Below, piece after piece: positions 50,552 through 58,924 of a DNA stretch of 64,000 nt (the stretch's first letter is position 1; each line of letters opens with the position of its first letter). Source of the DNA: Phycisphaerae bacterium (GTDB lineage Bacteria; Planctomycetota; Phycisphaerae; UBA1845; Fen-1342); assembly GCA_963675745.2 (NCBI GenBank), contig CAXXWX010000013.1, forward strand, positions 96,001 to 160,000, written 5' to 3'. Position numbers and translations under genes: made by a program. The notes under the pieces are model-generated. The model searched no databases. It was given only the letters and a program-made list of their open reading frames with translations, and was not told the DNA's origin.

Positions 50552-51475
50552 ATGTGGAAACAGAGATCGCGCGAGTTTCTTCTTGAACTCGGCAAGGCGA
50601 GCATACGCAGTCGACGGGTCCGGCTATGGTCGGCGGCCGTCCTGCTGATCGTGTTGGCGCTGGTGGTGCAAACGGTCTGGCCGCAGTTCAGCCTGTTGCC
50701 CCGGCGCGAGGGTTCACTGGGGGCTGGTGTCGTACTCGTGGTCTTCCTGGCGGCACTCATGTGCGAATACGTCGACTCGACGCTTGGCATGGGCTACGGA
50801 ACGACGCTGACGCCGCTCTTATTGCTGGCCGGCTTTGCGCCGCTCCAGATCGTTCCGGCGGTTCTGCTGAGCGAGTTCATTACCGGCATCAGCGCCGGCC
50901 TGCTGCACCACCGCGACGGCAATGTGGATTTCCTGCGTGATCACAAGGTGAGAGGTACCGCGATTCTGCTGTCGGTGCTCAGCGTTGTCGGGGCCGTGGC
51001 CGCCGTAACGCTTGCCATGCGCATCCCGAAGTTCTGGCTGTCGGCGATCATCGCCACCATCGTGCTGTCGGTCGGCGTGGTGATTCTGGCGACGGTTCGC
51101 CAGCAATTGGCTTATCGGCGCAGTCACATCCTGGTGCTGGGGGCAGTGGCCTCGTTCAATAAGGGGCTGAGCGGAGGTGGGTATGGCCCGCTGGTAACCG
51201 GCGGCCAACTGGTTTCGGGCATATCGGCAAGGCAAGCCGTGGCGATCACCTCGCTCGCGGAGGGCCTGACCTGCTTCGTCGGCTTGACCGCCTACTTGTG
51301 TATGGGCGGCGGCCTGTACTGGTGGCTCGCCGTTCCGTTGACATTGGGCGCGGTGCTCTCGGTTCCGATTGCCACGCTGACCGTGCGCGCGCTGCCCGAG
51401 AGATTCATGCGCGCGAGCGTGGGGGTGGTCACTTGCCTGTTGGGTGTCCTCGCGTTTGCAAAGCTGCTTTGGTGA
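50552..51475 (+). CDS. TauE/SafE (TSUP) family transporter
   Basis: EYVDSTLGMGYGT.LTP, NKGLSGGGYGP; multiple TM segments. Confidence 0.9.
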   Translation: MWKQRSREFLLELGKASIRSRRVRLWSAAVLLIVLALVVQTVWPQFSLLPRREGSLGAGVVLVVFLAALMCEYVDSTLGMGYGTTLTPLLLLAGFAPLQIVPAVLLSEFITGISAGLLHHRDGNVDFLRDHKVRGTAILLSVLSVVGAVAAVTLAMRIPKFWLSAIIATIVLSVGVVILATVRQQLAYRRSHILVLGAVASFNKGLSGGGYGPLVTGGQLVSGISARQAVAITSLAEGLTCFVGLTAYLCMGGGLYWWLAVPLTLGAVLSVPIATLTVRALPERFMRASVGVVTCLLGVLAFAKLLW

Positions 51476-51526
51476 CAGCATCGCGGGCTGCGGAGATTCG
51501 CAGTCCCGCTTGTCGGAGGAAGATGC

Positions 51527-51904
51527 ATGAATGTGACACGCCTGGCGGTGAGCGCTCTGCTCTTGTTGCTGGTCTGCGGCTGCGCGCTGCAGGAGATTCG
51601 CAGCAAGACCCGGGGCGGGCCGGAGTATCGGCATAGCGGCGCAGCCGACACGAACAGCGATCGTTGGATGATTGAGCAGGGGGTCGAGTTCAGGTGGGAC
51701 AACGGCGTGAACACCGGAGTGAGTTACCGCCGCCGCGACGTGGATGACGGCAACGGGGACAACGAGAACCTCGTGATGCTCGAACTCTCCTTTCCGCTGT
51801 GGAAAGCAAAGCCCAAGCCGTCACAACTCGCGCTGCGTGTTGAACGGCTTGAACAGAAACTGGCCGAGTTGGAAACCGGCACATCGCATGGAGAAACGCA
51901 GTGA
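51527..51904 (+). CDS. Hypothetical lipoprotein (beta strands plus coiled-coil tail)
   Basis: Lipobox VCGC; GGAGGA RBS. Confidence 0.7.
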   Translation: MNVTRLAVSALLLLLVCGCALQEIRSKTRGGPEYRHSGAADTNSDRWMIEQGVEFRWDNGVNTGVSYRRRDVDDGNGDNENLVMLELSFPLWKAKPKPSQLALRVERLEQKLAELETGTSHGETQ

Positions 51905-52077
51905 GCAATACAGGGAGATGGTACGCGTGGTTCATCATCACGGCCGCTGGTGTCTTCACGGGCGGCTGTGTGGACGCCGTACGTGACGGCGTTACAGAAG
52001 GCGTCTCCGGCGGCCTCGCCGGACTGATCGAGTCGATCATCACCGACATCGCGGACACGGCGCTCGGAAGCGCGTAA
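51901..52077 (+). CDS. 58-aa small lipoprotein (not in the ORF track)
   Basis: MSNTGRWYAWFIITAAGVFTGGC-VDAVRDGVTEGVSGGLAGLIESII..; GTGA overlap with the upstream stop; GGAGA RBS. Confidence 0.65.
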   Translation: MSNTGRWYAWFIITAAGVFTGGCVDAVRDGVTEGVSGGLAGLIESIITDIADTALGSA

Positions 52078-52416
52078 CGCATGGCGCGAATCCGGCGCGC
52101 GGTCGTCGTGCCGCCGCCATGCTCAGCATCGCAACATGGTCCTCGCCATGGCGGGCGGCCCACCGTTCAGCGTGAAACGACAAAACGGTGGGCCGCGCCG
52201 GCTACCTGAAGTTTCCGGCGGGAAATGCCAAGGTCGAGCGGTCGGGGGTACACGCCACGGAGCTCCGATGTTCCTTGACACTGTCGGCCCGGCAAAGCGA
52301 CAATGCGGGCCGAACGCCGTAGCGACGGTCAACTCGCACAGGGGCAAGCTGTTATGACTGACGAATTGTCTCCGGGTGCGGCGGCTATGTGAACACATGT
52401 TGAGACTGAGCAGAGC

Positions 52417-52977
52417 GTGAAGGCAGTCTTCGTCATCGCCGTCTTTGGCCTGATTTCAAGCGCGGTCGCGCACTTCAGCACTTTCCTGGGCGTCAATCCG
52501 CGACCCGTGTTTCCTCTGGTCTGGGCACTTGGTGCTCTCCTCATCGTGGTCTGGACTACGGTGGTTCTTTGGCTGCGCCGAATCTGCACCGCCGACAACC
52601 AGATGGACATTTGGAAGATCGCAACGCGTAATGCTCCCGCTTGGATGAAAGTCCTGCTGATTGCTTTCGTTGCATACGGCATCTTCAGTTTCTTCTTTAC
52701 CGTTTTTGTCCTGACCGAAGGTGGCGTGGCCTCGGAACGGGATGGCAGGAAGGTGCTCGAGAGTCACGGCGAGATTATTCGAACATTGACGGATGAAGAG
52801 TACGAAACGCACCATGCGTACACTGTGCGGATATTCTCAGGGCATTTCATGATCTTCTATGCCGTCGGGACGACCGTGCTATTCTCGCGGCTGAAAGAGG
52901 AATCCAGCCAAGAGCGCTGGAGCCGACGTCCTAGACGCCGCGTCGAGTTCTGCTCTGTCGCGTGCATGGCACTGTAA
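52417..52977 (+). CDS. Hypothetical membrane protein
   Basis: About four TM segments, AT-richer codons; the stop TAA lies inside a REP copy. Confidence 0.7.
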   Translation: MKAVFVIAVFGLISSAVAHFSTFLGVNPRPVFPLVWALGALLIVVWTTVVLWLRRICTADNQMDIWKIATRNAPAWMKVLLIAFVAYGIFSFFFTVFVLTEGGVASERDGRKVLESHGEIIRTLTDEEYETHHAYTVRIFSGHFMIFYAVGTTVLFSRLKEESSQERWSRRPRRRVEFCSVACMAL

Positions 52978-53053
52978 CGGCCTGCGCCTCGCAGGCCGCA
53001 TGACGCGGGCAGGGCTCTCTCGCTGCGCCGGCCGGCGAGGCGCCGGCCGCTAC
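52974..53053. repeat. Convergent pair of family A REPs (BIME-like)
   Basis: 52974-52998(+) carries a compensatory T-A pair; 53029-53053(-) is canonical; followed by GCTACATTGCCGCCGGC x2. Confidence 0.85.
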
Positions 53054-53201
53054 ATTGCCGCCGGCAATGCGCCGGTCGCTACATTGCCGCCGGCGGCCAT
53101 GGCGGATAAACATCGCGCCCCGTTCCTTGGCGGGACGGGGCGCGCTTGGGAGCTTGTTTGTGGGGAGGTCGGCCGGTTGCCAACCTCACGTGGCCGGCCA
53201 A

Positions 53202-53480
53202 TCACCAGCCTGAGGTATAGGTGAATCCGTCGCCGGCGATGTAGAAGCCGGTGTCGTCACCGTTGACGGCGGTGTCGGTGTACCAGTTGTAGTAGCCGGA
53301 ATCGTCGCCGTAGCCGGTATCCCAGCCGTAATCGTCGCCCCAGCCACCATCGTAACCCCAGCCGTCAAAGAGGCCGCCGAGGTCGGGGAAAAGCTCGTCG
53401 CAGCCGGCGCTGGCGAGCAATCCGCCGGCCAACAGGGCCGCAATCAGCACGCGTCGGAGAGTGATCATCTGCTTGTTCAT
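53202..53480 (-). CDS. Small G/D/Y/W-rich lipoprotein
   Basis: MNKQMITLRRVLIAALLAGGLLASAGC followed by a low-complexity tail; AAGGA RBS. Confidence 0.75.
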   Translation of the reverse strand: MNKQMITLRRVLIAALLAGGLLASAGCDELFPDLGGLFDGWGYDGGWGDDYGWDTGYGDDSGYYNWYTDTAVNGDDTGFYIAGDGFTYTSGW

Positions 53481-53642
53481 GGCTTGTCCTTTCTGCGTGA
53501 AGCACCCGGCGATTCCTGGCTCCAGTCGAGTAAACGGTCGGCCGGCCGGCCGATTAGCCCGCTGGCGGATTTTTCTTTTGCACCTCACGCTCGTAAAATA
53601 GGATCTTGTTCGGACGCTCCCGCGATCATCCGTGGAGTCGCC

Positions 53643-54290
53643 ATGTCTGAGTTGAGCGAATCCGAAGTGCTCGCCACGATTCGGGCGGCGATCGGGGGTG
53701 ACGATCAGGCCTTCGATCACCTGGTCGGCCATTATGCCGCCCGGCTGCGCTGGTTGATTCAAGTGCGGCTGCCGGCGGCCATTCAAGCGCGCGTCAGCCC
53801 CGATGACGTGCTTCAGGAAGCGATGCTCGTGGTGCATCAACGGATCAAGGCGCTCGAAGTCGAAGCCGAGCCGGCGTTCTGGAGTTGGCTGTGCCGGGTT
53901 ATCGAGCAACGCATCGCCGACGTGAAACGCGCGCACCTGCGGGCGGCGGCCCGTGATGTTCGTCGCGAGCGGAAGCCGACCGCCGGCGAGCCCCAATCCA
54001 CCAGTATCCGCATGGAGCAACTACTACCCGATGCGGGCACGTCGCCGAGCGGGCGTTTGAAGAACATCGAGCAGCGCGCGGCATTGGCCGCGGTGCTCGC
54101 ACAGCTTCCGGAGTCGTATCGCGAGGTGATCGTGTTACGCATTCTCGAAGGGCTTAGCGTGGCCGATACGGCCGAGTTGATGCAGCGCAGCCCCGGCGCG
54201 GTCAGCGTGGTGCTGAACAAGGCGGTAAAGCGGCTCGGCGCGATCATCGCGGCGGGCGGGATGCAGTCCGAATTGAGACCCAGTTCGTGA
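53643..54290 (+). CDS. ECF sigma-70 factor
   Basis: GDDQAF..L...Y, DDVLQE, F.SWL, L.QLPESYREVIVLR..EGLS..TAELM. Confidence 0.92.
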   Translation: MSELSESEVLATIRAAIGGDDQAFDHLVGHYAARLRWLIQVRLPAAIQARVSPDDVLQEAMLVVHQRIKALEVEAEPAFWSWLCRVIEQRIADVKRAHLRAAARDVRRERKPTAGEPQSTSIRMEQLLPDAGTSPSGRLKNIEQRAALAAVLAQLPESYREVIVLRILEGLSVADTAELMQRSPGAVSVVLNKAVKRLGAIIAAGGMQSELRPSS

Positions 54291-54307
54291 GCAATTGAGG
54301 GGCGCTG

Positions 54308-56788
54308 ATGGAGCCGGACACATCCGCATCCTCAGGCGACGCCGGCCTGCTCGATGAGATTCTGGAGCGCATGCGCCTCGAGGGTTCCATCGATCTGGAG
54401 CGCCTCGTCGCGGAATATCCCGACCGGGCGGAAGAGATCCGACAACTGGCGGCCGTGGTCCAGTTTGTGCAGTCGAACGCACAGCCGGATGACCCGGGCA
54501 GCGCGCTGGAAGCACGTGTTCGGGCCGGACGCCGGCAGACAACACTGGGTGACTTCCGCATCGAACGCGAGATTGCCCGCGGCGGGATGGGGGTGGTCTA
54601 CGAGGCCGTCCAGCAATCGCTCAACCGACGCGTGGCCCTGAAGGTGCTGCTGCCGGGTGTGACTTTCTGCGATGACGCCATTGAACGGTTCGGCCGCGAG
54701 GCCAAGACCGCCGGTGGCCTCAGCCACCGCCACATCGTTCCGGTATACGCCGTCGGCGAAGAGAACGGCGTCCCCTACTACGCGATGCAGTACATCGAGG
54801 GCCGGTCGCTGTCCGAGGTGATCAGAGAGCGGGCGGAACGGCGGCAGGCGCCGGATGCCGAGTACGTGCGCCGCGTGGCGAAGTGGGGCCGGCAGGCGGC
54901 CGACGCCCTCGACCATGCGCATCGGGCGGGCGTGGTACACCGCGACATCAAGCCGTCGAACATGCTGCTGGGCAACGATGACAACATCTGGCTGACTGAC
55001 TTCGGCCTGGCGCGCCAGGACACGAACGCCACCCTCACGTTCAGCGGGGATCTGCTGGGAACGGTTCGCTACATGTCTCCCGAGCAGGCGCGCGGCGGCC
55101 GGGCGGTCGATGAACGGACCGACGTGTACTCGCTGGGCGTGTCGCTCTACGAGCTGGTCGGCCTGCGTCCGCCGTTTGACGGCCCTGAACGCGAGACAGT
55201 GCTGAAGCAGTTGCTGCTCGATGAGCCCAGTTCGCTACGGCAGATCGCCACCGGCATCCCGCGGCCGCTTGAGATCATTATCCATAAAGCGATGGAGAAG
55301 GACCCTCAGCGCCGCTACCCGAGCGCGGCTGTGTTCGCCGAGGAATTGCAGCGTTTTCTGGACGGTCGGCCGCTACTCACCCGTCCCGCCGGCCCGTTTG
55401 AGAGATTCGTGCGTCTCGTCCGCCGACACAAGTTTGTCTTCGGTGCGTTGGCAGCGCTATTCCTGATCGTGGCGGGTTTTGGTGTCTGGATGAGTGTGCT
55501 CTATGCCGAGTCCGACCGACTCCGCCAGGCCGCGGAAGATGGGCGATCGGCCGCTCGGCAGGCGGAGGGCATCGCTGAGCAGCGCCGTGCCGAAGCCGAG
55601 GCCGCCGCCGAGCTGGCTCAACGGCAAGCACGCAAAAACGCGCGCATCCAGGAGTTTCTGGAGAGCATGCTCGGCTCCGTCGACCCACGCACCGCGCAGG
55701 GCCGCGACGACACCTTGCTGCGCGAGATACTCAACGGGGCGGCGCTGCGCGTTGATAGCGAGTTGGCCGAAGAGCCCGATGTGCAGGCCGCCGTCCGCGA
55801 AGTGATCGGCAACACATACACCGGTCTGGCCCGCTATGACGATGCCATCCCGCTGCTGGAGTCGGTTCTGGCATACCGCCGACAGGCTCTGGGCGGCGAA
55901 CACCGTGACACACTCGTGACGCTGGTGAGCCTCGGTGACGCATATCGCCACATCGGGCGGCTTGCCGAGGCCGAAGAGGCCTGTGGCCAGGCGCTGGAGA
56001 TCATGAAGCGGAGCGAGTTGCGCGGTGACACGGACGTTGCGGCGCTGTTGAACAACATGGCGGTCATGTACGCGGAGCAGGGCGAATTCGACGGGGCGCA
56101 GCGCATGCTCGAACAGGCTATCGAGGCACTGGAGTTCAGCGTCGGAGCAGAGAGCCCTTACGTGCTCGGCGCAAAGCAGAACCTGGGGCAGATGCTCTAT
56201 TCAGGCGGCAAGTACGCCGAGGCGGAGAGCGTGCTGCGCGAGGCACTCGAAACCAGCCGCCGCGCGCTGGGCGATACCGATCCGACGACATTCTGGATCA
56301 TGACGGCGCTGGCGGACTCGTTGCTCAAGCTTGACCGGGCGGCTGATGCCGAACCGCTGGCCCGCGAGGCTGCTGAATTGCACCGTCGCGTGTTGGGCGA
56401 GGATCATCCTGAGTATTTGTATTCACTGAGTTGTCTGGCCAAGACGCTGGAAGCACAAGGGCGCTGGGATGAGAGTGAGCCGATCCGCCGGGAGTGCTAT
56501 GAGGGCGCGCTTCGCACATCTCCTCCCGGCCAGCGCGGCATCGCCGTCGCGCAGAGCGCGTACGGCGTATGCCTGGCCCGGCTGGGTCGTTTTGAGGAGG
56601 GTGAAACGCACGTGCTGGCGGCGTTTGAGGCGTTGCGCGCGAAGCTGGGAGTCGAGAGCAGGCACACGCAATCGGTACTCGAGAGGGTGATCGACGTGTA
56701 CGAATTGTGGGGCAAGCCAGACAAGGCGGCGGAATATGATGCGCTTCGCATAAGTGATCTGAATGAGTCCCCCGCGCCGCAGCCATGA
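54308..56788 (+). CDS. Hanks-type Ser/Thr kinase with TM segment and TPR array
   Basis: ARGGMGVVY, VALK, HRDIKPSN, DFG, YMSPE, DVYSLG; kinesin-light-chain-like TPRs. Confidence 0.96.
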   Translation: MEPDTSASSGDAGLLDEILERMRLEGSIDLERLVAEYPDRAEEIRQLAAVVQFVQSNAQPDDPGSALEARVRAGRRQTTLGDFRIEREIARGGMGVVYEAVQQSLNRRVALKVLLPGVTFCDDAIERFGREAKTAGGLSHRHIVPVYAVGEENGVPYYAMQYIEGRSLSEVIRERAERRQAPDAEYVRRVAKWGRQAADALDHAHRAGVVHRDIKPSNMLLGNDDNIWLTDFGLARQDTNATLTFSGDLLGTVRYMSPEQARGGRAVDERTDVYSLGVSLYELVGLRPPFDGPERETVLKQLLLDEPSSLRQIATGIPRPLEIIIHKAMEKDPQRRYPSAAVFAEELQRFLDGRPLLTRPAGPFERFVRLVRRHKFVFGALAALFLIVAGFGVWMSVLYAESDRLRQAAEDGRSAARQAEGIAEQRRAEAEAAAELAQRQARKNARIQEFLESMLGSVDPRTAQGRDDTLLREILNGAALRVDSELAEEPDVQAAVREVIGNTYTGLARYDDAIPLLESVLAYRRQALGGEHRDTLVTLVSLGDAYRHIGRLAEAEEACGQALEIMKRSELRGDTDVAALLNNMAVMYAEQGEFDGAQRMLEQAIEALEFSVGAESPYVLGAKQNLGQMLYSGGKYAEAESVLREALETSRRALGDTDPTTFWIMTALADSLLKLDRAADAEPLAREAAELHRRVLGEDHPEYLYSLSCLAKTLEAQGRWDESEPIRRECYEGALRTSPPGQRGIAVAQSAYGVCLARLGRFEEGETHVLAAFEALRAKLGVESRHTQSVLERVIDVYELWGKPDKAAEYDALRISDLNESPAPQP

Positions 56789-56826
56789 CGTGCGTTAGAT
56801 CATTCGCTGGCGCACGTCGGTTGTCA

Positions 56827-57099
56827 TCATTGTACGGTCTCGGCCCTGCGAGGTGCAGGGGCGCCCGCCAGCAACCCTTGCGTGCTTAGATCCTCGTCGA
56901 TATCCGGCCAGTGAATCCCAAAGCCGCCGCCGCACGGTTGCCAGTTCTGGCGTTGGGCCGGCGTCGCAGCCAGCAGGCGTGGATACCAAGCCAGCGGAAC
57001 GATGATCGTGCGACCATCCGCGAGATCCACACTCATCGTGTCGTCATCGCAGCGAACGTCCGTGACGCGCTCACCTGGTTTAGGCCCCGAAGTAGTCAT
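56827..57099 (-). CDS. DUF2442 family protein (putative TA component)
   Basis: V.LADGR.I.VPLAWYPRL..AT..QR.NW...GGG.GIHWP.IDEDLS..GLL. Confidence 0.92.
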   Translation of the reverse strand: MTTSGPKPGERVTDVRCDDDTMSVDLADGRTIIVPLAWYPRLLAATPAQRQNWQPCGGGFGIHWPDIDEDLSTQGLLAGAPAPRRAETVQ

Positions 57100-57316
57100 T
57101 CCACGCCTCCAGAAACTCGGGCGAGTGGTCGCGGACAATGCGCTCAATGTCGCGCAACTCTCTCGCGCGAAAGCCGATGTTGCCAGCCAGCGCCACCGGT
57201 GTCAGCCAGAATTTCGCCGTCTCGTCGTCACGATCCACGTGAACTTGAGGTGGCTCCTGCATGTCGTGGCTATAGAAGTATACTCGATACGGCCCGATTC
57301 TCGCGATTGTCGGCAT
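57080..57316 (-). CDS. DUF4160 family protein (putative TA component)
   Basis: MPTI..IGPYR.YFYS.D..EPP.VHV..AKFWL..W.DYFG; overlaps DUF2442. Confidence 0.92.
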   Translation of the reverse strand: MPTIARIGPYRVYFYSHDMQEPPQVHVDRDDETAKFWLTPVALAGNIGFRARELRDIERIVRDHSPEFLEAWNDYFGA

Positions 57317-57457
57317 TTGAACATCTCGTCACGAAGTGGCCTCGCCGGCGGGGGCATTGCTGTTGCACAGGTATGGTAGGCCGCTCATCAGGCCCAGTAA
57401 AGCAGTCGTCTGACGGTGAGACTTCGACGGACAAAGCGACGCAGATCACCCAGGCAG

Positions 57458-58895
57458 CTAAAGCGACCAGACGTGGACTACGGCGGCGTTCATTTCGCCT
57501 TCACCGAGGCCGCGCTCGATCATGAACAGCCGCAGCGACTGGCCGTCGAAGGCCATGCCGCCCGCATCCCAGCAGGTTGAGCCGGTGAGATAGAATTCCG
57601 CCGGTCGCCAGATTGCATAGGGCACGACCACCCACGGATCCTGCGTGCCGGCGGCGCTGCGGCCGAGTTGGTGTACATCATAGAAGATGACCTGCCGCTC
57701 GTATGGATGGCAGTGATATCCGTGTGAATCGCTGCACGGATCGCCGCACTCAACGGGTGGTTCGTCGTAACAGTTGTCGCCGAGGCCCTTGAAGCCCAGC
57801 AGCATCACGGCGCGCCGTGCGCCGTCGTCGGCGAAGGCGCCGCCGGTCCATTCGTCACACATCGTGTAGTCGGGGTAGTCACATTCCGCCGGATCGCCCA
57901 CGTTTGGCCCGGCACAGCCCGGAAAGGCCACGCGATAGTACAGCACGGGCAGGGCGTCCAGATTGCCGGACGGATCATCCGTATCCCAGGCGTGAAATGC
58001 GAACAGTGTCGGCCCTTGCGAACCGCCGCGCGTCGTGATCGGCTCGACGCCGTCCAGCGGCGTGCCACGGGCGCGCCCGGTGACGAGTGTGCGGCCGCCG
58101 AGATAGCGGGCGGCGTACCAGTCGGGCACTGAGAACATATACGAGCCCATCTTGCGGCCGTGGTAGGGCGTTTCCTCCGGCCCGACGTGGAACATCCCGC
58201 GCGCGCCGGTCCCGTCGAGGTCAGCCATCCAGATGGTCGGAAAGCTGTCTTCGCCCGCGACACCCTCGGCGTACCAGAGATTCAGCGAGCCGTACAGCTT
58301 GTCGCCGGTTTGTGACCCGCGCTGGGGAACGTACTCAATGTCGCTGACATACACGTACTCGCGATGCACGGAAGCGGCCAGACCGCCGTCAAAGCTGGTC
58401 ATGGGGGTGATCAGTGTGGCGGTGGGCAGGTCTTGCCAATCAGCCTCCTGCGCTGGCGGCGGGATGGAGACCTCGCCGAAGTGGGCCTGACAGTCCCAGG
58501 CGGCGTCCCAGCATGACTCACCGGGATGCGCGGGATCGCTAAAGCAGCTCGAATCCCGTCACCAAGAGTGAGCCGGCGCCGCCGGCACCGTTCGGATAGA
58601 ACGAGAGCCCGCGCGCCCCCCAGTTGAAATCATCGGGCAGCCGAAAGGCGCCCTGGTAGGTGAAGTCAGTTGGCTGGAGCCGCTCGGCCGGAACGGCGTC
58701 GATCGGCGCCGGATCGGCCGGTGTGTATGGGCCGGTTGGCGCCGGCTCAACGATGGGATCACCGGCGCCTTCGGTGGTTGTGGTGTCGCCGCCGCCTGGT
58801 TGGTTTGACGGCGGTTGTTGATTACAGCCTGCGATCGTGGCGTGAATGACCAGCAACACGCAAACGCGAGACACTGCACGTTTTGGGCGAGACAT
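57458..58895 (-). pseudogene. Cys-containing secreted lipoprotein interrupted by a +1 frameshift near 58541
   Basis: Lipobox IAGC; frame 0 stops at CTT-TAG; the +1 frame continues SDPAHPGESCW.. into ORF 57458-58402. Confidence 0.75.
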
Positions 58896-58924
58896 GATGA
58901 CCCCGCTTTCTGATGTGCCCCCAA

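Noticed and set aside
52378..52930. Possible degenerate attC halves around the AT-richer membrane gene
   Set aside because: No intact RYYYAAC/GTTRRRY pair.
57352..57367. Second sigma54-like GG-N10-GC match on the plus strand
   Set aside because: Weaker consensus, and it points antisense into the 3' end of a gene with nothing to drive.
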